The position numbers were made by a program, and so were the translations under genes. From the NCBI RefSeq assembly GCF_009914755.1, contig NC_060940.1: a DNA stretch of 64,000 nucleotides, one strand, 5' to 3'. The DNA comes from the human T2T-CHM13v2.0 reference genome, Homo sapiens. Shown one piece after another: positions 13,701 through 26,500 of this stretch (positions are counted from its first letter, which is position 1; each line of letters starts with the position of its first letter). The notes below the pieces were generated by a model. It made no database searches. It was not told where the DNA came from and was given only the letters and a program-made list of their open reading frames with translations.

Positions 13701-16700
13701 GGAGAAAGCCTGACCCTCAAGCCATTTTAAAGATTATTTTAGATTACACTTCGTAATTTCCTGTAGATTAATCTTCCATTTTATCTAGTTCATCCTATCA
13801 CCTTTGAGATAAAATCCAAACCCAGGTCGAGACTTGATGGGTAAGACTTTCTACACCTGCCTTCTAGCCTTATCTTCTAGCTTTTCATCTGTCTTATATG
13901 TCTCAACGTACTCTCCTCTAGCCAAGTTGATCTACTTACTGTCCCTCCAAACATTCCATATTTATCCTTCATATAAATTTCATACTGCCTTCTCTTCTGG
14001 AATGATGCCTGGAATAATGTTTTTGGTGTTCTTTCAACTTTTCAAATCCTACTCCTCAAGGCCCAATTCAAATTTCACCTTCTTCTTACATCAACTGAAA
14101 ATGATGATAGGGCTGTGTTATAGTTTCAGTGTTTAATTACACACTACGTTTCATTGTTAACTAAAACGATTTCAGGTGCAGGAGGACAATTCTGGGTTTT
14201 ATACTCACCTTAAATGTTTCACAGCTTTAAACACAGTTCTTAAGATACTAAAAAAACACTTATTGAATGAATAAGTGAAAAACCGCCTGCTCTGTAAAAT
14301 GGGTGAGACAGCATTTAAAAAATTATATACATCCTTTAATAACTTACAGGCCCCACAATACCCAACAAATTCCATCCAGCTGAGTTGACAGGTTTTTTAA
14401 AAAATTTTTAATTTTACCAAAGAAAATTAAAGAAATGAAAAGTCAAGGATGAGGTAAAAAAACAGCTTATTTTCCTGTACTAATTCTATTTAAAATGTTA
14501 TTTTCAGTTAAAAGGTATGATATCTTTGGCCTGTGAGGAAATTTCTAAAGAAGCCAGTTGCTATGGGGATTATGAAGAGAAACAATTTAAAAAACATAAT
14601 CAATTCATGCAAATGAAGCCAAAAGGTCTAAACCTGGAAGACATTTGGGAGGGATGGAGGAGGTTCTCAGAAAGAGGAAGCACATGGAAATGAAGTGTTA
14701 GGGGAATATGTTATAACTGGAAACCTGGCCATAGCTGACATAGGGTTGTTACTTTCCCAAGGAAAGGGAGTAATTGTCGTATTTACTAATGAGAAGGAAC
14801 AAAAGAAAGGTCTTAAATCAGAGGACTGGAGAGGCCAAACAGTCTTCTCTTTACCTACAACGGATCCTTACTCCTAGAAAAGGAGAGAGCAGGTTATAGA
14901 AGCCGTTGCCAGCTGAAAAGAAGGCTGCTGGGCCTGTGGACTGAGTCAAGGGCTCTTGCTCTCACCTTCCTATATCCCTCTACTACTCTAAGAATATGCC
15001 TCCCACCATTAAAAAACAGAAAGCCAATATTTTTCTTATAAGGACAGTTACATGTCTTTAAGTTTTGTTATTTTATTTATTATTTATAGTAAGTTTTTTT
15101 TTAAATTCTTCTTTTATTAGTTGTGCTGGGAAGGCTTGTTTGTTCTGTGGCTACTGGAGAGCTCCACATAAGCCGAATTCAAGCCATGCAGGTGCTCACA
15201 GCTTTTGGAGAAGGATACCATCACATATACCTGGACACAAATCATCCCGGCACATTCCGGTGGTACCCAGGCACTGCTGACCCTAACAATGAGACATTTT
15301 CTCTGTTTCACACAGCAGCAGGGGCTGAAAAAAACTCTGCAAATCCAATTTACTGTTTTAAAGAAAACTAAATTTATGAAAATGATCTCTAGGGGAAGTT
15401 GTACGGTGGAGTGGAAAGAACATAATCTTTAGAAATAGAAAGACTTGAATTTGAATCTTGGTTCTAGGATTTCTAGCCATGAAAGCCTGTAGTAAGTTTT
15501 GCAGACTTAAAAATGCATTTTGTCTTTCGGAGAATTTTTTTCCTGTTACAACTTTAAAATAGAAACAAAAAACTGTTCTCCTGGATTACGACTTGTATGC
15601 TGAGAATATGCCTGAAAAATCAAAGGCAGGTGCATTAAACCTTGCATACTCACCAGATGGCGTAGGTTGATGGAAAGTGAATTCTTAATCCTGATGCTGA
15701 TGTTGAAGACTCCTTTATCCCACTGGTGTTCTTACCATAGTTAGAAATTGCTGGCCTAAAGAGCATGGACAAACCAGGGCAGGGGTTTTCGTGACAAAAG
15801 TGAATAATTAGGAATCAAAGTTCTCTTTTTAAAGCCCTGTAAGTTATTAAGGAATTCTTACGTTTGTAGATATTTTGTTAGCAATGATGTGATAAAGTGG
15901 AAAAGAATCCAATTAGATATTAGATTCATTTGATTAAAAAAGATTAGTTTCCAAACTATGATATATATGTGTGTGTGTGTATATATGTATAAAGAAATGT
16001 ACAAATTAGAAAAATGAAAGTCTCACCTACTTCATTTCCCCAACTCCCATTCCTTAGGGGCAACTTCCATTAAATCTTCTGGCTTCAAAAATTTGCACTA
16101 AAAGAATGCTCTTTAAGTGAACTTTTTTTTCTGTTGAATTGTTTTAAGAAAAGTATCTGTTTCTTATAGTAAGAAGGCACTGCAAAGTGCTATAATTGTT
16201 TTTCCTTCTTAAATATACCTACAAACAATTGTTTTGTTATATTAATATTTCTCTGCTGAGTAACATTTGGCCAAGACTTAACTACCACCATTGGATGGCA
16301 GCCTAAATTGCCACCCCTGAGGAAGTGAATTCATCCTTGACAATAGGTTCCATAAAATCCATCTTACAAGTGACAGGTTTGCACAGATGTTTTTAAATGA
16401 AGTGTTGAATAAATGGTTCCTCTTGTTTCTAGCAAGCATGAGAGTGAGAGAGCGAGTGAGCAAAAGAAATGACTAGTGACCAGTTGAGAAAGTCCTGTCT
16501 TCCATTGAGCCATTTCACTCCTGCCCATCTACTCTCAACTGCTCAAGAGCCGCTGAACCCTCTGAACACTGTGAGGATCAGATGAGACAACGTGTGTGAA
16601 AACACCTTACAAATACAAAGCTGTGAAGATGTAAAGGATGGTTATTACAGAATGGAGGTAGATTGCTTCTATAGTCTCTTTTATTGGCATGGTGGATTTT

Positions 16701-17937
16701 TAATGGAGTAGCCTGTATGAATTAACTACCACAAACTAAGATCTGTACTATTGGACATTTTTATTTTCTTTAAATCCACTTAAAGTTAAATCTAACATCT
16801 AATTATACTTATGGGCTGGCAGAAATTAAATTTAAATATTTATTAGTGATGTCCTGCCCCAAGCATAGTCCAAGGGTTCAGGGTCTTAAATGATGCCAAA
16901 TCATAGGTGAAGATCTCCTTGTCATTGATCATGAATTATGTCCTTATCTCACTGATAATGCAGAGATATCCATTTTCCATTCATCTTAATCTTTTTAGAT
17001 TCTGCTTCTCCCTTGCTTCCAGTCCACGTTCGGTGTCACAAATCTTCGAGAGGACTGGAAGTCTAGCATCCAACATTACTGCGTGCACAATACAGACACT
17101 GTTTGCCTTGTAAGATTCTTTGTCTCACTGGATCTTCTGAACTCTGACCTCTACCCATTATTGAAAAAACTTATTCTTCCCTTTTGCTGCCCTAGAAAGT
17201 ACTGTCTCTCCTGTCTGCCTCTGGGCATCAGGGACATACCTCTTCAGTGTAGACTTTTACAAAAGCCAAGAGGAGCTATAGGATTCAGGCAGTTCCCCTC
17301 TATGTCCTATAAACCTCCTCTCCTGCCCCAGAGATAAGACGTACAAAGTGCCTGGCCACCTTCCTGGAAGTGTTGAGGTGTGCATAGAGTAAAACATGAA
17401 ACTCAAAACATTATTCTGCTCCAGTGGCATAACAAATAACTTCTCTTGGCTTCAGCATGGCAAAATTTTGGTGAACACACTCCAGGTTGTATGTGTCCTC
17501 CTAGCTGGATGAACAGAACACTCCATGTGATCTTCTTGATTTCTTGACTGTACCTAGACTAAACAACTGTTTTTGTTTTTTCATCTAGCTGCAATAATTC
17601 CAGTGTAAGAGGAAAAGGAAAATACTTCATTAACTCTAAAAAAATAATTATAATAGTTTATAATTTGCATTTGTTGATAAATAGCTCCCTTAACATTGGT
17701 GAAATACAATAACCAGCTTCTATGGTTTCGCTATTGCATTTGAATTTTTATAGCATCATTCAAACTATAAGAAAGCTGAGTTGCATTTGGTTTGTGCTGC
17801 TTAGGGGATGTGTGTTAGGAATGATTAGTCTTGTAGATTAAATTATTATCTAACCAGTCAGGAGGAATTAATTGCTGTGGTTTAAAGATATGGCTATTTG
17901 GCATTTAGTAGATCAGTTTTAAGGAGGGAAACTGTTA

Positions 17938-18205
17938 AATCTTTTTGCTATGGAAAATTTCAAAAATATTCAAAAGTACAAAGAAGAGAATACTTTAATC
18001 CCTACATGGTCATCAGCCAGCTTAATTATCAATTTATGGCCAATCTTGTTTTATTTATGTTTCCAAGTTTTCCTCTTTCCATCCCTCTTTCAGTTTGAAG
18101 CTAATCCTAGGCATTGTGTAATTTATCTGTAAATATTCCAGTAGATATCTCTAAAAGGTAAGGACTTAAAACAAAACATAATCCCAATGCCATCATCACA
18201 CTTAA
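17938..18205 (-). mobile_element. Old L1 (L1MC4/5-like) 3' end
   Basis: ggaaaatttcaaaaatattcaaaagta...atggccaatcttgttttat...atatctctaaaag. Confidence 0.6.
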
Positions 18206-18433
18206 AAGCTAAGCAACAATGAAAGAACACTTTTTAATGATCCTTCTGTTTTCATCATTTATCTTATCATTTATCTCCTTATCATTTAAAATTTAATATT
18301 AGATTATGTCAACAGCAGAAATCTATACCTACTAACATATTATGAAAGATATGCAGGATACGTTAAGTGAAAGAGGAAGTAGCAATAAATTCTATAACAT
18401 GGTTTATTTCTATTTTAAAAATTATAAAAATGA

Positions 18434-18803
<370 letters not shown>

Positions 18804-18885
18804 TTAAAGTAATGATTACAATTGATATTGTGAGTAGGGAAGAGACTCTCACTTTAAAACCTGCATTAACAAAATCTTTTTCTAA

Positions 18886-18916
<31 letters not shown>

Positions 18917-18930
18917 GAGATATATTACTT

Positions 18931-19270
18931 GTTTTTTTTGAGACAGAATCTCACTCTGTTGCCCAGGCTAGAGTGCAGTGATGCAATCTCGGCTCACTGC
19001 TATAAAAACTCAAATGCAATAGTGAAACCATAGAAGCTATGGAAGTATTTCACTCACTGCAACCTCTGCCTCCTGGGTTCAAGCAATTCTTGTGCTTCAG
19101 CCTGTGAGTAGCTGGGATTATAGGCCTGCACCATCACACCTGACTAATTTTTTGTATTTTTAGTAGAGATGGGGTTTCGCCACTTTGGCCAGGCTGGTCT
19201 CGAACTCCTGGCCTCCAGTGATCCGCCGAGCTCATCCTCCGGGATTACAGGCATGGGCCACTGCCTGGCT
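18931..19270 (-). mobile_element. AluS carrying a 60-nt internal insertion
   Basis: Alu dimer interrupted at ggctcactgc|aacctc by non-Alu sequence 19001-19052 plus a duplicated ctcactgc. Confidence 0.92.
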
Positions 19271-19578
19271 GAAAATGTATATTACTTTCCGAATTAAATT
19301 TTCAAAGGAGAATTCATGAAAGGAAGAACTTGCATATATTTTGTTAAAATGTGAAATGAGAGACATTCTCAGGGCAGGGTGTGCTATCCAAATATTGTCC
19401 CTCAGTTGGATGATCTTACTCTTGGGTTAATAGGAGTAGCAGCTGGCATGTATAGCTTGCTGGCCATGTGCCAGGCACTGGGATAAGTGCTTTCAAGCTG
19501 GTGATTTATTTGTCACCACAACCCTTTGAAGTAGGTATTGTTATTATTCCCATTTCACAGATTAAGAAACATGATCTA

Positions 19579-19888
19579 CTGAAATCCCAGTGCTTGGCTT
19601 GGAAGGCTAAGATAGGAGGATTGCTTGAGGCCAGGAATTCAAGACCAGCCCGGTTAACACAGTGAGAACTCATCACTACAATAAAAAAATAAAAAATAAT
19701 AATAAAAAAATAGCAGGTGTGGTGGTGCATGCCAGTAGTCCCAGCTGCTTGGAGGTTGAAATGGGAGGATTATTTGAGCCCAGGAATTTGAGGCTGCAGT
19801 GAGCTATGATTGAGTCACTGCACTACATCCTGGGGTGACAGAATAAGACCCTGTATCTAAAACGAAAAAAGAAAAGAAAAGGAAATAA
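19579..19888 (+). mobile_element. AluJ, slightly 5'-truncated, inserted in a MIR
   Basis: TSD aagaaacatgatcta at 19564-19578 and 19889-19903. Confidence 0.9.
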
Positions 19889-21656
19889 AAGAAACATGAT
19901 CTAGAGCAGAGAAATTACTTGCCAGAGGTTTGGAAGAGTCTGACCCAGGCTTGGTCCTGAGCTGGTGGGACTCCCTGGCCATTGCTCCACTCACTTCATT
20001 GATCATTCTGCTTCCCTGGGTTCTGAAGTCTCAATATTACCAAATGAATTTTGTTATTTCAATTCATACTTGTTTGCCTCTTTTGTTGCTGAATTGCCAT
20101 ATTATCCTTATTTTATTATGAACTCAATGGCTCAGACAAGACAGAGTAGTAATTCCTCCCATTTTATCCCTTGTCCATAGTATCTGATTGGCCTGAAAGA
20201 TGAAAGGGAGAAACAACACAAAAGGAACTTCATGCCTTTTGTGATTTAGGAAACATTTACATGACAAGCAGGTGGTTCTTGTCATCAATGGCTTTTTGTA
20301 TTGTGCCTCAGCTGCCTAAAGTTTTTTGTCAGTGGAAAATGTCATAAAGTTCCTTTTAATTTATCTATTCCATAAACCTAGGACAAAGACATAGCAAGTA
20401 TATGGGAATAGAAGTGCACAGCACTTTTATTTGGAATACATTTCACATTATAGTTGTAAACAAGCTGTTACTATCTTTTTAAGCAAGTTGTTATGGATTA
20501 GCCCTTGCATACTGTAGCAAATTTATTTTTCACAACTTGACCTTAGCGTCCACAATGCTTTGGAACCTTTTGGTCATCTTTTGTTCAGGAATAACAAATT
20601 AACTTTATTATGTAATATAAGAAGAATGGGATTGCAAAACAAAATCCACAAAACGATATGTCCACGTACACACAAACACATATTATGAGACATGAGTTAT
20701 TTGCATAGTCACACTATTATTTCCCTTATCTATTGGAGATAATTGAGATATTACTGTACACCCAAAAGGGAACTGTCTATACCCCAAAGAAAATTGATCG
20801 TTAACAGAAAGTTGGCTGAGTTTTATATTCCAGTGATTGTTTCAGAATAAAATGTTTCTATCTTTTGCACTTCTGTGCCATAGCCATTCCACCAGGGGCC
20901 ATAGGGACTGGGTTGAGAAAACACCTCTGACCAGGACACTTTCCAGAACTTAGACCACTCAATGACGCTCTTGACACATAGTGAGAAAGTACATCAAGGA
21001 TGAACTTCACAGACTGCAGGAAGATATTGCACAATTCTGCTTGTATCCTTAACATAAGATTAGATACTTTAGTCATTTAGATTACAAATTTCACTCTTCA
21101 GATAAGCTGAATGGTAGGCCCTTCTAGTGAGTAGTTAGTTCACAGTGTTTGGAGAAAAAAATTTAATATTAATTCTTCTGCAAATGTATAGATCTCTATG
21201 CCTCAGTTTGGGTATAGCCAAAGAGGATATTTTGAGAAATCCTATGAATACTCATAATTATGTTTGGTGAGATTTTTCAAAATACCTTAATTCTGACTCT
21301 TTAGGAGGCTCAGAGAGATGAAAGAATTTTTGCTCTGAGTGGAAAGAATTGTCCACTGTTTATTGTCATGAAACATTATGGTGTGCTTTAAAAAATATTT
21401 GGTTAATTCAGGAGCCATAGTGTAGGAAATTCAGTTCTGTAGCCTATCTTCTAGGTGGGTCTCCCGCCAGTGTCTGGGATACCTTATGAATTTAGGTCTC
21501 ATAAACTAACATTTTCCCTCCAAGGGGATGTATTTTTTCTGTGACTTATATGTCATGGTTGGCTTTTTCGTTCTTCCTTCTGATGAATTACCTTGCAGTT
21601 GTTGTTACTTAGAAAGTCCAGAGGTGGGTGTTCAGTTGTGTCATAAATGTAATCTT

Positions 21657-21957
<301 letters not shown>

Positions 21958-22149
21958 TCATAAATGTAATCTTAATATAAACCATATGGCAGAGGAGATT
22001 GTCTGTAAGGTCATGGCTTTCATGACATTTTTAGTGTTAGGGCTGGAAATGTTCTCCAATATCTCAAATTCTTAATTCATTAGAAAACTGTAACCACCCC
22101 CACCTCCCACCAATTTAAGCAGCTAGTGCCAATTCCAGAACTAGAGAGG

Positions 22150-22400
22150 TGGTATTGCACCACAATTACGTGCTTTGGCTCTGAAGTCATGTGGTCTGGG
22201 TTTGAATCTTGCCTCTGCCACTTACTAACTGTGTAAGCCTGCGCAAGTGACCCTGTGCCCCAGTTTTGTGCTTCAGTCTGAAAATGGGATAATCATAGTA
22301 CCTCGTTTACAGAGTTATTGGGAGAATTAAAGAAACGAATACGGGTTAAACACTTAGCAAAGTGCCTGGTACATAGTGAGTACTCTATAAATGCTATCAG
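22150..22400 (+). mobile_element. MIR
   Basis: ggctctgaagtca...ctgggtttgaatcttgcctctgccacttactaactgtgt...cacttagcaaagtgcctggtacatagt. Confidence 0.75.
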
Positions 22401-23114
22401 AATTAGAATTCTGTTTCCTGCCTCTCAGTTGATTGCTTTATTGTTACGCCACATTGTCTTTCCCGACTTCCCTTAAACGGAGTAAAATATTTCAATAGTA
22501 TTATTTCTCATTGGAATTGATTAAATATTTTAGAAAAGAGCACACAGTTAACAAGTATCGTTGTAGCCATTTTTTCTATATGGGAGATGGTGATATGTTA
22601 AATGAAAATTTAGAATGAAATGAAAAATGTAACAATGTATATCTGAATATATTCAGGTAATGTTATACAATACATTACTTTTTAATACAGCCATGTTCCC
22701 TAATTTGCATAACAATTGACCACTTTAGTAGCCCATTAGATAAATTGAGCCCAATTAACCAATTTAAGCTTATTACAAATGCACGTCTGTAATGTGAAAC
22801 TGTTACTGGAAACTCATTGGAACTCAACTTTCCAGTAAAAGGAACCCTTGATTTTTCAATAAAAGAGGAAATATCTATTTTGGGTCCATGTACATGATAT
22901 GGATTTAGCAATGATTTGTGCTTCAATTATAATCACTTACTGCCTTTTAAAGAGAGATTCATGTCTTTCCAGCTCTCTATGAAGATATATTGCTATAACA
23001 ACAATGACTAATCTTAGATACATGATACTGTCCACCTGTTAAACTGTGTCAACTCTATGAATTGAGCCATAGCATAGTGAGTTAAGCTCTGATCTATTTC
23101 TATTAGGTATATGT

Positions 23115-23705
23115 GGTTGATACTTCAGGCTGTCTACCCCATTGTCATTCTCACCAGCCTTATTTGTTACTGGTAGAATTCTAAATTTTCTCAAATATTG
23201 TGTAGTAATGTATTTTAGGGGAAGTTAGGGTTTCCATCAGCCTTGAGAGGAGGTGAATATTGAATAGTCTAAATCAGACATTCTAATTCTAATTATTACC
23301 CTTCCGATGATTGATTTAGACATGGCTTTGTGATATAATTTTGTCCAAAAAGTATTGAGGGGCAGTCTTTGGCTTAGGCGTATGGTGCTTCTGTGTAAAA
23401 TTTACACTTAGAAGCAAATGATTCGGCCTCTGACGATTGTCATCCTTATATGATGCCTGGAATTGCAGAAGCCATCTTAAGGATCTTGAAGAAAACCAGT
23501 CTCAGAGGGAAAGTCAACATGCTTAGGTTGGAAGAGTAGTAAGTTGTAAAGAAGGTTTCTTTTGACATCAGTGAATTACCAAGTGAACTCACCATGGAGC
23601 CACTCTAGCTCTGGACTTCCTGCTTTGTGATATCATAAAAGTCATTATTTAAGCTAATTCTAGTTTGTCTTCTTTTATTTCCAACAGAAAACACACTAAC
23701 CAAAA
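23115..23705 (+). mobile_element. Old MLT1 (H/I/J-like) MaLR LTR
   Basis: tgatgcctggaattgcagaagccatctt...ctctggacttcctg...tatttaagc. Confidence 0.5.
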
Positions 23706-24246
23706 CCATGTAAAATCACTTCATTATAATTCTGGGTTTTCTTTGTTCTTTGATCATAGTTGTCAGAATTAGCTGGTGATGCTGATAGGATCAGGCATAA
23801 CATCGCCCTTGTCTCTTGTGTTTTCACTTGACAGTTCCCACTATTTCAATATTTGTAAATATTTAAACTTATGTTAACCGGTGACATTTCTTTATTCTTG
23901 AGTTAGCATTTTAGGTACAATCTTATAAATATTAAATAATAAAATTAATCTCGTAGGATTCCTTTTGTGTTGCAGTTTCCTTTGCCCCTACTAAGCTCCT
24001 TGGATACAATCATTTTTTAGCACAGCTCACTTAAGGGTATCAACTTGAATGAGGGTTACCTCAGTGAGCACAAGGAATGAGGTAAACCTTTTGTTACATT
24101 AACACAACCATCTCCTTTGAGCTGACGTACTGTTTTTCTAACATGAATGCTTAATTTAGATTTCTTAAAATTAAGTTTTCTCTTTTTTTAAAGGTGATGA
24201 GTACAGAATCATGGAATAGCAGCTGTGGATTAAGAAGAGTGAACAG

Positions 24247-24650
<404 letters not shown>

Positions 24651-24855
24651 TTACTATACATAGATGTTAATTGATTCATGTAAATCACCAGGGTTACAGT
24701 TTATGGGAGCCTTTTAAAAATAAGTGCAATTACATAATGACCAAGTCTGTAGGGAGGTCTTACCGCCTTTAGAAAATCATCCTTCCTTTCATTCCTGAAT
24801 AAGTCACTGCATTTTGGCTACTATTATTTTACCTGTCCGTACCATGTATAGTTAC

Positions 24856-25241
24856 TGATATGGTTTGGGTCTGTGTCCCTGCCCAAATCTCATGTCAAAT
24901 TATAATTCCCAGAGTTGGAAGTGGAGCCTGGTGGGAGGTGATTGGATCGTTGGGGCAGATTTCCCCTTTGGTGCTGTTCTCATGATAGTGAGAGAGTTAT
25001 CATGAGATTTGATCATTTAAAAGAGTGTAGCACCTCCCTCCTGTCTCTCTTCCTTCTGCTCCAACCATATAAGATGTATTTGCTTTCCCTTCATCTTTGT
25101 CATGATTGTAAGTTTCCTGAGGCCTCCCCAGCCATGCTTCTGGTATAGCCTGCTTAACTGTGAGCCAATGAAACTTCTTTTCTTTGTGAATTATTTAGTT
25201 TCAGGTGTTTCTTTATAGTGATTTGAGAAAAGACTAATACA
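24856..25241 (+). mobile_element. MSTA-like MaLR solo LTR
   Basis: TG...CA ends (tgatatggtttgg...gactaataca) with a perfect 5-bp TSD gttac. Confidence 0.9.
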
Positions 25242-26461
25242 GTTACTGACAGAATAGTATCCCCATTCACTATGTGAGTAACTCTTCTTTAAATGTTGTG
25301 GTTTCATCTAGAGATTTATCTTCTGACCCACCAAGGACCAAACCATGAATGTAGGGAATGGGGTTTCATTTAAAGGCGGCACTGTGAAGTCAGGTATTTC
25401 TGTCAGTCTTTCTGTCAGCACTTTAGGCAAAGCAAATTGGAAGTGAACTGAACAGATGGGACCTGTTAAGAGAGACCCTTAGGAAGGTCTCCAGGTGGGG
25501 CCGCAATCCTTAACATTGCCATATAGCAAATTCTTCTTCTCTTGGTAATAAATAGACTAACAGACCATGATTATTTTTCTTAATCAAAGAACCAAACTCC
25601 TAAGCCTTTTTTTAATAGACAGCCTGCTTTATATCTACACTGATGAAGAAAATAAGAAATATCTAATAAAGCTTAAGATGTATATCTGCTTATGCTTAAA
25701 GCCTGTTTATTTAGAATACCTCTGCCTGCTAGCACTTTTTAGTAGGTATGTCTGGAGAGAGATTGGTGAGAAACTCACTCCTTCCTGTCCAATATAAGGC
25801 AGAACAAAGGTGTGACTGGGTGTCAATGTCACTGTGGGTTTTCAATTTCTGCTGATAGAAATGTAAAACTTTCTCAGGAGTCTTGGTTTTACATGCTGGG
25901 AAACCCCCTTCCAACTCAGTCCTCATAGAAACTTACCGGTAGGGGTGAAACTTTTTTCCAAACTCCATTTCACTCCCTAACTGAGCAATACCAGGTTTAC
26001 ATGATTAGAAATTCCCATCTTTAGGCAAAAATACTGGAAGCAGTAGAATAATACTGAGATATTGTTTTGCATTGCATTTGACAGGAAATAAGAAACATGT
26101 GAGGTCCTTTTATGAGTCTCTATCTTTTGACATTCTGAAATTTCTTCCTTATCATGATATTAAGAATTAAAGAACACTTTCTGCTGAAGATGAGAGATAG
26201 ATTCCTAATTTTGTAATATCGTAGAACTAGCACTAATGCCAGCAGTCTCAGATTAGTCTTAAATCACTAACTCTTTTGGGGGAATAAGGATGGGGATATT
26301 CTTATTGTATAAGAATCTTGGGGGTCAGGGGGTTTATGTAGCTATTGTGCTGGACTGTATAAGCTTGACTGCTTTTACGCATCTTGCACAAAGTGAAATA
26401 ATAAAATAATTTTGAAAATTTTTGTCTATCTCATTTATGTTAAGGACTGCCAAGGAAAGTG

Positions 26462-26463
<2 letters not shown>

Positions 26464-26499
<36 letters not shown>
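26464..26499. repeat. (GT)18 microsatellite
   Basis: Read directly from the sequence. Confidence 0.95.
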
Positions 26500-26500
<1 letters not shown>

